Shown: positions 12,540 to 20,405 of the stretch, one piece after another
Layout of the letters: every line of letters starts with the position of its first letter
How positions within the stretch are numbered: position 1 is the first letter of the stretch
From: an uncultured Actinomycetota bacterium
Lineage (GTDB): Bacteria; Actinomycetota; Actinomycetes; Propionibacteriales; Nocardioidaceae
Length of the DNA stretch: 32,000 nucleotides
Assembly: GCA_963726885.1 (NCBI GenBank)
Contig: CAVSDS010000007.1
Span: 9,946-41,945 of the forward strand
Direction of reading: 5' to 3'
Program-made: the position numbers and the translations under genes
Notes under the pieces: model-generated
Databases searched by the model: none
Told to the model about the DNA's origin: nothing
Seen by the model: the letters and a program-made list of their open reading frames with translations, nothing else

Positions 12540-13298
12540 TCAGCGCTGATCGAGGTCGCCGCCGTAGCCCGTCACCACCGCCCGGCGCTCGGAGCCGCCC
12601 TCGAGGTAGGTGACGATGCGGACATCGATGTCGTAGAGCCGGCTGAGCGTCTCCTCGGTGAGCAGGTCATCGGCCACTCCGGAGGTCACGGCGTCCGGCC
12701 CGCCCATCAGCACGACGGTGTCGGCCAGGAAGAGCGCGTGGTCGGGGTGGTGGGTCGTCAGCAGCACGCTCATCCCGTCGGCCACGAGCTTGCGCAGCAG
12801 CGACAGGATCTGCGCCTGGTTGTGCAGGTCGAGCCCCGTGGTCGGCTCGTCCAGCACCAGCGCGGGTGACTCCGAGGCGATCGCCCGGGCGATGAGTACC
12901 AGCTGCTGCTCGCCGCCACTGAGAGTCGGGAACTGGCGTTCGGCCAGGTGGCCCATGCCGACTCGCTCCATGGCGTCCAGGGCGGCCACGCGGTCATCGC
13001 GCGACGGGGTCCCGAACAGGCTCACCTGCCGGACCCTCCCCATCACCACCATGTCGACGGCCCGGTAGGCGAACGCGCCGCCACGTGCCTGCGGCACGAA
13101 GCCGACCGTCCCGTCGTGCCTGACCGAGCCCTCTGCCGGCTTCAGCAGTCCGGCGGCGCAGCGAACGAGGGTCGTCTTGCCGCGGCCGTTCGGGCCGAGC
13201 ACGACAGTCACGGTCCCGGGTGGCACCTCGAGCGAGACGTGGCGGAACACCCAGCCTGTTTCTGGGTACCGGTGGCCGAGGTCGGCGAGCTCAAGCAC
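12540..13298 (-). CDS. ABC transporter ATP-binding protein (FecE/FepC/BtuD-like)
   Basis: Walker A GPNGRGKTT, signature LSGGEQQ and Walker B LVLDEPT are all present. I place the start at the GTG at 13298, which overlaps the permease stop (GTGCTTGA), rather than at the track start 13373. Confidence 0.85.
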   Translation of the reverse strand: MLELADLGHRYPETGWVFRHVSLEVPPGTVTVVLGPNGRGKTTLVRCAAGLLKPAEGSVRHDGTVGFVPQARGGAFAYRAVDMVVMGRVRQVSLFGTPSRDDRVAALDAMERVGMGHLAERQFPTLSGGEQQLVLIARAIASESPALVLDEPTTGLDLHNQAQILSLLRKLVADGMSVLLTTHHPDHALFLADTVVLMGGPDAVTSGVADDLLTEETLSRLYDIDVRIVTYLEGGSERRAVVTGYGGDLDQR

Positions 13299-14368
13299 TG
13301 TCCCAGATCCTGTCCCGGTTGCGACGGAGCAGCAGGAAGAACACCGGCGCACCGACGAGTGCGGTGAGCACACCCAGGGGAATCTCGCCGGCGGTGAGCG
13401 TGCGGGCGATCGTGTCGATCACGACCAGGAAGATCGCTCCGACCAGGAAGCTGACCGGCAGCAGGACCCGATGGTCGGGGCCGACCCACATCCGAGCGAG
13501 GTGCGGGATGACCAGGCCCACCCACCCGACCGCGCCGCTCACCGCGACCGCGCCCGCCACGACGAGCGCGCACGAGAGCAGGAACACCCAGCGCAGCCGA
13601 CTCGGGTTCAGTCCCAACGAGGACGCCTCGTCGTCGCCGAGGGACAGGACGTTGAGACGCCACCTCAGCATCAGCACGACGGCCGCGCCGAGGAGGATCG
13701 GCAAGGCGGCCACGCCGACCTTCGCCCAGGTGGCGGTGGCCAGGCTGCCCAGCAGCCAGAAGACGATCGCCGGCAGGGACGAGTACGGGTCGGCGAAGTA
13801 CTGCACGAGTCCGACGAGTGCTGAGAAGAACGAGCCGAGCACGACCCCGCCGAGCACGACCATGAGCATCGAGGAAGCTCGGCCGGCGGTCAGGGCGAAG
13901 AGGAGCGCGAGGGCGACGAGGCCGAACACGAAGGCGCCGCCCACGAGGAAGACCGTCCCGAGGCCGAGGAGCAACGCGATGGCTCCGCCGAGCGATGCTC
14001 CAGCCGAGACGCCGATGATGTCCGGGCTCACCAGCGGGATTGCGGAACGTCGCCTGGAGAGCGGCGCCGGCGACGCCCAGACCGCCACCGACCAGCACGG
14101 CCAGCAGCACCCGAGGGAGGCGGATGAGCTCGACGACGGTTCGCTCGGTCTCGCCCACTCCGTCGTCGGGGAACAGCCCGGACCCCAGGATCTGGACCAC
14201 GTGCGACACCGGCACGGTGTAGCGGCCGAGGGAGACGGCCACGACGATCGTCGCGACGAGCGCCACGGCTGCGACGACGACGGCGAGAGGTCCGCCGACT
14301 CCCTTCCGGGCGGCCGGCTCGTCCGCGACGACCTCAGGCCGAGAACTGGTCGTAGTCGGCGGAGTCAC
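13291..14368 (-). pseudogene. FecCD-family ABC permease, one +1 frameshift as sequenced
   Basis: The N-terminal frame (ORF 13208..14368) reads ...RLPRVLLAVLVGGGLGVAGAALQATFRNP. ORF 13291..14088 continues as LVSPDIIGVSAGASLGG...GEIPLGVLTALVGAPVFFLLLRR. Removing one base of the run at 14036-14038 joins them as FRNPLVSPD. The GTG start at 14368 overlaps the binding-protein gene by 35 nt. Confidence 0.8.
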
Positions 14369-15443
14369 CGTTCTCCTTCGTCCACAGCATGGTGTCGATC
14401 TCGGCCGGTGTGGGCGTGTGGTCGTAGAAGTAGATGTAGTCCTCGACGATCTTGTCGCGCAGTCCGCCGTCCGACCCGTCGGGGAACGCGATCTGCGACA
14501 GCCACCTCCACATCAGCGGCGACTCGTGGCTCGGTGGGTCCCAGCGGTATCCGCCCAGCGGTGCCCGGTAGACCCGACGCTCCTTCACCGCCGCGACGTC
14601 GCGCCAGCGGCGGTCGCCGTAGACGTCGTCGGGCATGGCCTCGTCGAAGTTCCCGAGCACGACGATCTCGGGATCCCAGTCCAGCACCTGCTCGAGATCG
14701 ACCTCCACCAGGCCCTTCACGTCGGACGAGACGTTCTCCGCGCCGACGAGCCGGATGTAGTCCTCGTTGAACGATCCGGCGCCCTGCACGGTCAGGCTGT
14801 CGGTGAAGCGGTTGAAGTAGAGGACTCGCGGTGCGCGCGCCGTCCGCTCCGCCGCGACCGCCTCGACGTTGGCGCGGTCGGCATCGAGGCGGGCGGCCAT
14901 GGCACGACCGCGCTCGGGCCGCCCCAGCGCCGTGGAGAACATCTCGAGCCAGGTCCCGACGTCCTCCAGCTTCCCGTAGTTGACGCCAAGGACCTTCAGG
15001 CCGGCGTTCTCCAGCGGCTGGACGATCTCATCGCCTTGGTTGGCCCACTGCACCACCACGTCCGGCTCGAGGGCGAGGATCCCCTCGACGTTCGGGGCGA
15101 AGTCCTGCGTTCCCACGTCGTGGGGAACCTTGAGCACCTCGGGGAACATCGTGCCCAGGATGCTCTGGCGCGCCGCGGCGAACGAGGCGTCGTGGATGCC
15201 GACGAGGTGCTCTGCGGATCGGTCGACAGCGATCATGATCGAGGCGGCTGGCATCGGCAGGGTGACGATGCGCCTGGCCGGGCCATCGAGCGAGATCTTC
15301 TTGCCCCGCTGGTCCTCGATGACGAGCTTCTTGCTGGCGGCGGGCTCGGACGAGCCGCACGCGGGGAGCATCGCGAGGCCGCCCAGGGCGACAGCTCCCT
15401 TCAGTAGGGTTCTGCGGGGCAGTGCCTCCGGCTGGAAGTCCAT
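14334..15443 (-). CDS. ABC substrate-binding lipoprotein, class III (FecB/BtuF/heme-type periplasmic binding fold)
   Basis: 369 aa and intact. It has a twin-arginine-like signal with a lipobox (PRRTLLKGAVALGGLAMLPAC). AAGGA lies 8 nt upstream of the ATG at 15443. The PBP-2-like core is RIVTLPMPAASIM...LEPDVVV. Confidence 0.8.
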   Translation of the reverse strand: MDFQPEALPRRTLLKGAVALGGLAMLPACGSSEPAASKKLVIEDQRGKKISLDGPARRIVTLPMPAASIMIAVDRSAEHLVGIHDASFAAARQSILGTMFPEVLKVPHDVGTQDFAPNVEGILALEPDVVVQWANQGDEIVQPLENAGLKVLGVNYGKLEDVGTWLEMFSTALGRPERGRAMAARLDADRANVEAVAAERTARAPRVLYFNRFTDSLTVQGAGSFNEDYIRLVGAENVSSDVKGLVEVDLEQVLDWDPEIVVLGNFDEAMPDDVYGDRRWRDVAAVKERRVYRAPLGGYRWDPPSHESPLMWRWLSQIAFPDGSDGGLRDKIVEDYIYFYDHTPTPAEIDTMLWTKENGDSADYDQFSA

Positions 15444-15458
15444 CGCGCTGTTCCTTTC

Positions 15459-16296
15459 TCAGGTGCCCAGAGAGGGCGGCTGGTCCTTTGTGTAGGTTTC
15501 CTTCGTTGACGATGCGCATGTGTCGCACGGTGAAGTCGCGGAGATACCGCACCTGACGGCCGCTCAGCTTGTCGCAGGCCCATTCCCAGTGCATCGAGAT
15601 CCAGTCGCCCACCTCGAGGTCGTCCATCATGCTGACCCCGTCGACCGACCGCTCGACGGTCTCGGTGATGCGTTCGCCGAAAGCCAGGGTTCGCCCATCC
15701 CATGTCAGCGGGGTCGACTCGACGACCACCTGGTCACCGTGGACCGCCTTCACCTTGCCCCAGCGGATACGGCACTGGTCCAGCACCGTGAGGGCGTGCT
15801 CGGCCTTGCGGCCGTCGCTCAGCAGTCCGGTCCAGGGGTAGATGCAGAACACGGCGAAGCTGTGGTGCGGGACGCCCCCGGCGTTGACGCTCTCAGTCAG
15901 AGTCGAGAAAGCCGACCCGGTCATCGCCCGGAAGCGGTCCTCCATCGAGTTGCCGACCGCTGTCGGCGTGACCCGGTTGAGGCGCGAGTTGCCCGACCCA
16001 GTAGGCGTCGACCACCCGGCGGTCGAGTGGGTCGTCGAGGCCGAGCGAGGCCGCGATGAGCTCGAGGTACGGCCAGGCTCCCGCGAACTGGCGGGAGAGG
16101 GAGCGAAGGCCGAGGTCGACGTCGTCGGACGTCCTTCGGCACCGTGCCCTTGGGCGCCTTCGGCACCGTGCTCGAAGAACGCGCCGTGGTCGGCCGGGCC
16201 GCAGTAGCCGTGGGAGTTGGGCGGGAACGCGTACCGAGCGAACAACACCGGTCCGCTGACCGGTGTGCGACGCCGCACGGCCGTCTGCTCAGACAT
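15459..16296 (-). pseudogene. hydrogenase-cluster-associated conserved protein (resembles what I recall as DUF6390), three frame disruptions as sequenced
   Basis: The N-terminus reads VLFARYAFPPNSHGYCGP. The middle segment is only sensible in another frame (DDVDLGLRSLSRQFAGAWPYLELIAASLGLDDPLDRRVVDAYWVG). The sequence then returns to the first frame (NSRLNRV...HHSFAVFCIYPWTGLL...WEWACDKLSGRQVRYLRDFTVRHMRIVNE). The tail frame gives ETYTKDQPPSLGT* with its stop at 15459-15461, 15 nt before the next ATG. The breaks lie at about 16125-16170 (-1), 15992-15994 (+1) and about 15500 (+1), so the net length is consistent with 278 aa. Confidence 0.55.
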
Positions 16297-16546
16297 CGCT
16301 GGCCTCGTCCGGCTCGCGCGCCTGTCCCATCATCTCCAGCCCAGACATCGCCTCGGCTGCCGCTTCGGCGTCGACGATCTCGAGGGCGAAACCCATGTGG
16401 ATGAGCACCCAGGTCCCAGGTCGTGGGGGATCGTCGAGCATCCCGATGTTGATGGTGCGCTGCACGCCTTCGACGTCGACCATGGCCAGCTGGTCGCCGT
16501 GTCCGTCGACCATCTCGACGACCCGTCCGGGGATGCCCAGGCACAT
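16289..16546 (-). CDS. hypC: [NiFe]-hydrogenase assembly chaperone HypC/HupF family
   Basis: 85 aa starting with MCLGIPGRVVE, the invariant N-terminal Cys. GGGAGGA lies upstream. The ATG is 2 nt after the protease stop. The 3' end overlaps the next gene's start by 8 nt (ATGTCTGA). Confidence 0.88.
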   Translation of the reverse strand: MCLGIPGRVVEMVDGHGDQLAMVDVEGVQRTINIGMLDDPPRPGTWVLIHMGFALEIVDAEAAAEAMSGLEMMGQAREPDEASDV

Positions 16547-16548
16547 GG

Positions 16549-17043
16549 TCAGGTCCTCCCTCGGGCCGCAGCATCGGCCGGGACGTGCTCGTCGATGACC
16601 CGCCGGACGGCCTCGGCCGCCACCGGCACGGCGGCCTGCACCTGCGGGCTCAGGCCGATGCCTTCCTCGACGCTCGCCGGGCGGCACCCGACCACGAACG
16701 TCGGTGGCAGCTCGCCCCCGAGGGCACGGAGGCTGCCGAGGACGGCGAGCGGGTCCATGCCGTGTGCATCCAGCTCGGCGGTACCGATGTCGTCCGGTCC
16801 GACCTGCATGACGACCACGTCGCCGGGCGCGCCCTCGCCGGGCATCGCATCGACGATGACCAGCGCCGTGCAGCCGTCGAGCAGGTCGTACGCGAGGTGC
16901 ATGCCGCGGATGCCGTAGTCGACGACGCGTACGTCGCCGGGCAGCGTGTCCTCGGCCGTGAGGTGTCGCGCGACCTCCGGCCCGAAGCCGTCGTCGCCGA
17001 GGAACAGGTTGCCGATGCCGGCGACCAGGATCGAGGAGCTCAG
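16549..17043 (-). CDS. [NiFe]-hydrogenase maturation endopeptidase (HupD/HybD family); start codon unresolved
   Basis: The frame reads SSSILVAGIGNLFLGDDGFGPEVARHL...VVDYGIRGMHLAYDLLDG...ALVIVDA...GTAELDAHGMDP. There is no ATG, GTG or TTG between the upstream in-frame stop and this conserved N-terminus. The start is therefore either the CTG at 17043 (a CTGA overlap with the upstream stop) or the ATG at 17048 with one C missing from the run at 17043-17045. Confidence 0.8.
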   Translation of the reverse strand: MSSSILVAGIGNLFLGDDGFGPEVARHLTAEDTLPGDVRVVDYGIRGMHLAYDLLDGCTALVIVDAMPGEGAPGDVVVMQVGPDDIGTAELDAHGMDPLAVLGSLRALGGELPPTFVVGCRPASVEEGIGLSPQVQAAVPVAAEAVRRVIDEHVPADAAARGRT

Positions 17044-17351
17044 GGCATGTCCTCCGCCCTGCCGGTGCCACCGGTATGGTCCGGGCCGGTCTCACCCGTG
17101 CCCTCGCCGGGGTCGTCGGACTCCTCCTGTGCCGGCTGCTCGTCGGCGGGCGATGCCGTCGCGCCGCCTTCCGTCTCGTCCGGGTCGGGTTCACTCGGCC
17201 CGTCGGACGACGAAGGAGCGGCAGCTCCGGCCGTGCTCGGATCGTCACTTGCGGTTCCTCCGCCGGGGTCAGCCGACTCCTTGCGGTCGTCGTACGGCGG
17301 GACGGTCTTGCCCTCGGTGTCCGGGTTGTCCGGATCGGGAATCGTCGTCAT
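17040..17351 (-). CDS. acidic, Pro/Asp/Glu/Gly-rich low-complexity protein (103 aa)
   Basis: GGAGG lies 5 nt upstream of the ATG at 17351. The sequence is MTTIPDPDNPDTEGKTVPPYDDRKESADPGGG...EESDDPGEGTGETGPDHTGGTGRAEDMP*. It is co-directional and tightly packed within the hydrogenase operon. I recognise no family. Confidence 0.4.
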   Translation of the reverse strand: MTTIPDPDNPDTEGKTVPPYDDRKESADPGGGTASDDPSTAGAAAPSSSDGPSEPDPDETEGGATASPADEQPAQEESDDPGEGTGETGPDHTGGTGRAEDMP

Positions 17352-17352
17352 G

Positions 17353-17556
17353 TCAGCCTCCGCTCTGCAGGTCCGGGGACTCAGGGTCGATGGGCTCCTG
17401 TGGATCGACTCCGGAGTCGTCGTCCTCATCCGCATGTCCGACCGGGCGGTCAGCCGGGCCGGCGTCGGGCCCTTCGGAACCCTCGTCGCGCGACCCCTCT
17501 GGTCCACGCTCCTCCTGCGGCTCCTCGGTCAGGCCTTCTCCTGGTGTCTCGCTCAT
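17353..17556 (-). CDS. acidic low-complexity protein (67 aa)
   Basis: GAGGAGGAGG lies directly upstream of the ATG at 17556. The sequence is MSETPGEGLTEEPQEERGPEGSRDEGSEGPDAGPADRPVGHADEDDDSGVDPQEPIDPESPDLQSGG*. The stop is 1 nt before the next ATG. Confidence 0.4.
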   Translation of the reverse strand: MSETPGEGLTEEPQEERGPEGSRDEGSEGPDAGPADRPVGHADEDDDSGVDPQEPIDPESPDLQSGG

Positions 17557-17587
17557 GTCCTCCTCCTCGGCTTGGTGGTCGGCGCAC

Positions 17588-17707
17588 TCACATGCGCCGC
17601 ATCTTCAGGTACCGGTTGATGTCGGGGATGGACATCAACAACACGATGATCCCCGCGAGCACGACAACGGCGATGACGCTGGTGGTGATGATGCCGATGA
17701 CTCTCAT
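17588..17707 (-). CDS. 39-aa single-pass membrane miniprotein (not in the ORF track)
   Basis: The ATG at 17707 overlaps the stop of the 465-aa gene (ATGA). The product is MRVIGIITTSVIAVVVLAGIIVLLMSIPDINRYLKMRRM*: one hydrophobic helix and a basic PDxxRYLKMRRM tail. It resembles short actinobacterial DUF-type miniproteins as I recall them, but this is unverified. Confidence 0.5.
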   Translation of the reverse strand: MRVIGIITTSVIAVVVLAGIIVLLMSIPDINRYLKMRRM

Positions 17708-19101
17708 GGGTGAATCTCCTCTCTGTCTGCGCTGGTCTCGACGGGCATGGGTTTCAGCTCGTCAGGTGAGAAGTAGAAGTAGCGGCCGTACCACTCGTGC
17801 ATGTCCGCGGCAGGATCGTCGACCAGCACCACCGCGACGTGCGAGCCGCCGTCGACGTCGGAGAGCACCGCGGTGACGCGGGCGACCTTGCCGGCGAAGA
17901 AGATGTCGTGGGCGTCGGCGCGACGACTCGGATGGACCGTGACGAGGCTGCCCTTCGACACGCTCACCCCGTCGATCACCACCGCGTCGGTCTCTGGTGA
18001 GACCGCCTCGTCGGTCTCCGGGTCCCACCACGGGACGTCGTCGTCAGCACCGAACGTCGGCGGTTCGACGTCACGGATGTCGGACAACACCGGCCACGAC
18101 GGTTCCTCCGGTGCCGCGACTGGAGCGCCGGCGTGCGGGTTGCGCAGGATGCCGTGCATCTGAGCCAGCGTCTCCGGCGTCATCTCGTCGCAACGGTCGA
18201 TGATCTCTCGGGCCTTCGGGTCGGTCGCTCGTGCCTCGGCCTTCTCCTCATCGGTCATCGTCATGACGCGCAGGGTGAGGATCTCGTCGATCTCGGTCGC
18301 GTCGTACAGGGCGCCGGGGCTCTCCGCCGCGATCTCGGGATGGTCGTACAGGATGATCGGCAGACCGAGGACGAGGTCCGTGTCGCCCGGCTCACCGCCG
18401 AGCACAGGCCAGCACCGGTGCTGGGAGCACGCGACCGCCGCGTCCACCAGCTCATCAGGCGGCTCGAACAGAGACACGAACTCGGCGTCGTGCGCCTCGA
18501 TGATGACGTGGGTGCCGATGAGCGAGTACCGGGTCGCCTCGATCGCATCTGCACCGCAGCCGTCATGGAGGTTGGACACGGTGATATCGAGGCGTTCGCA
18601 TCCATCCACCGGTGCGGTCGCGAGGTGGATCTCGGCGTTCAGCGGCCACTGGCGGCGAATCACGCTGCCCACGCCCTCGGCGAGCTGCTGCACATCCTGC
18701 CCACCCTCGACCTGGACGGGAAGGACGATGCCGCCCGCCTCGAGATCGAACCGGGACAGCTCGAAGGTGAGCTCCTGCTCCACGGCCTCGTCCCAGCTCA
18801 ACCACGACGTGCCGGCGGCGTCAGTGAGCTTGGCAACCGGCATGCCGTCTGCGTCATGCAGGCCGCGGTGCTGTAGCTGGAGGAACCGCAGGTGCACCAC
18901 GAGCCGCGCGGACGACGTGAGCAGGCACTGCATCGACATCGTCGAGGACTCACCGACTCCGGCCGCCTCGGCGCCCACCGGACCGAGCACGCCGAACTGC
19001 CAGCGCGTCTGGTTCTTGCTCGAGCTCGCGCGGTAGGGATACAGCAGGTACCCCTCGTAGAGGACGGCGTCGGCGACGGCCCGGGCCAGGTCGAGCCTCA
19101 T
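17704..19101 (-). CDS. conserved hypothetical protein (465 aa), hydrogenase-cluster associated
   Basis: Intact ORF. The ATG at 19101 overlaps the upstream stop (ATGA). The N-terminus reads AVLYEGYLLYPYRASSSKNQTRWQFGVLGP. I cannot assign any domain. Confidence 0.7.
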   Translation of the reverse strand: MRLDLARAVADAVLYEGYLLYPYRASSSKNQTRWQFGVLGPVGAEAAGVGESSTMSMQCLLTSSARLVVHLRFLQLQHRGLHDADGMPVAKLTDAAGTSWLSWDEAVEQELTFELSRFDLEAGGIVLPVQVEGGQDVQQLAEGVGSVIRRQWPLNAEIHLATAPVDGCERLDITVSNLHDGCGADAIEATRYSLIGTHVIIEAHDAEFVSLFEPPDELVDAAVACSQHRCWPVLGGEPGDTDLVLGLPIILYDHPEIAAESPGALYDATEIDEILTLRVMTMTDEEKAEARATDPKAREIIDRCDEMTPETLAQMHGILRNPHAGAPVAAPEEPSWPVLSDIRDVEPPTFGADDDVPWWDPETDEAVSPETDAVVIDGVSVSKGSLVTVHPSRRADAHDIFFAGKVARVTAVLSDVDGGSHVAVVLVDDPAADMHEWYGRYFYFSPDELKPMPVETSADREEIHP

Positions 19102-19739
19102 GGCGCCACCTCCGCCCGCGAGTGCAACAGGTGCGAGAGCGTCTCTTCCCAGGACGTGAGTCCGTGCTCCGTGCGGTAGGCGGCGACCTCATCGAGCACG
19201 TCGGCGTCGACACGCAACCAGCCGGTGTGCGGGTAGTACATCTCGATCATCTGGCGCCAGACGGCAACCGGCATCTGGTGACTGGTGTCGCAGTCCCAGG
19301 GCACCTGCTCCACGGCGAATCCGTTCTCGCCGCGCGTGAAGATGACCCCCGAGAACATGAAGGACAGCGGCACGTCGCCGTCGCCGACGGCGTGAAGGTA
19401 GCGCGAGCCGACCACTTCGAAGTCGTACGTGGCCGGCATCGGGAGGTCGACCTCCGTCACTCCCGTGAAACCCTGCACGGTGGTGCTGCACTGCATCCAC
19501 AGGAACGGGCGCAACGTCTCGGACCAGCGCTCGCGATCACCGAACAGGTCGCGCAGGCCCGCGGCGTCGTCGTCGGAGTACCCACGTCGCTGTGGGTCGA
19601 TGCGGACCTGGCAGCGCAGGGCGATCGCGTGGACGACGACGCCGGTGCTCTCCTCGATGTGCAGGCGGGCGGTGAGCTGGGGCGCGGCCGCGTAGGGCTC
19701 GGCGAAGACATCGAGGACACGGAAGTCGAAGCTGCTCAC
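19098..19739 (-). CDS. conserved hypothetical protein (213 aa; resembles what I recall as DUF6084)
   Basis: The GTG at 19739 is preceded by GAGGAGGGG 5 nt upstream. The protein starts (M)SSFDFRVLDVFAEPYAAAPQLTARLHIEESTG.VVHAIALRCQVRIDPQRRGY. In the track it forms the C-terminal half of ORF 19098..20543. Confidence 0.65.
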   Translation of the reverse strand: MSSFDFRVLDVFAEPYAAAPQLTARLHIEESTGVVVHAIALRCQVRIDPQRRGYSDDDAAGLRDLFGDRERWSETLRPFLWMQCSTTVQGFTGVTEVDLPMPATYDFEVVGSRYLHAVGDGDVPLSFMFSGVIFTRGENGFAVEQVPWDCDTSHQMPVAVWRQMIEMYYPHTGWLRVDADVLDEVAAYRTEHGLTSWEETLSHLLHSRAEVAP

Positions 19740-20405
19740 GACTGCCCCTCCTCGACCGCGCGGGGCGGGGCGGCTGCGCGACTGGACCATCGCGAAGAAC
19801 TTCTCCATGGCGGCCCGGGCCTCCTGACCTCCGTCGAACCCGCGCCACGTCTGGCGCATCGTGCCGACGAGCTCGTAGCAGACGTCGATCGGCACCAGCG
19901 TGCAGACGAAGTCGCCGCGGTCGTGGTCGGAACGATGGATGAGCAGGGCCTCGACGTCGGGCAGCAGGGCTCCCAGCTGCGGATTCGTCTCGAGGAGGCG
20001 GTCCCACGCCTCCAGGGGCAGCTCGGACTCCGTCGCGCCGGCCGGGCTGGGATAGAACGCCACCAACCGGTCCTGCACCGAGTTGCGGAAGCAGAAGACC
20101 AGGCCCACCGGGATCTGAAGATCGTCCCAGGCTGCCTGGTCGAGCACGAAGTCGTCGAAGGAGAGATATCGGTCGGGCACCGCCCGGTATCTCAGCTGCG
20201 CGGTCTGGTCGGTGAAGAGCAGGTAGCACGCGCGGCACGTGCACATCAGGCTGCGCGTCTCGAGGCCGACGACGTGCTGGTGCTCCTCGGTGATCGGCTC
20301 CGCGCACATCTCGCACCGCTCTCCGGGCACGACCTGAGGGCGTGTGGTGCTGATGCGTCTCAGGGTCGCGAGCGGCACACCGCCGCCGCGACCCGGGCCG
20401 GTCAT
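19736..20405 (-). pseudogene. Cys-rich conserved hypothetical protein (resembles what I recall as DUF5947); as sequenced it reads through into the next gene (probable +1 indel near the 3' end)
   Basis: The ATG at 20405 overlaps the hhyE stop (ATGA). A Cys cluster is present (GERCEMCAEPITEEHQHVV...LMCTCRACYLLF). The alternative frame near the end reads ...AAAPPRAVEEGQS* with a TGA that overlaps the next GTG (GTGA at 19736-19739). The length of 670 nt equals 3n+1. The break cannot be localised better than about 19740-19800. Confidence 0.6.
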
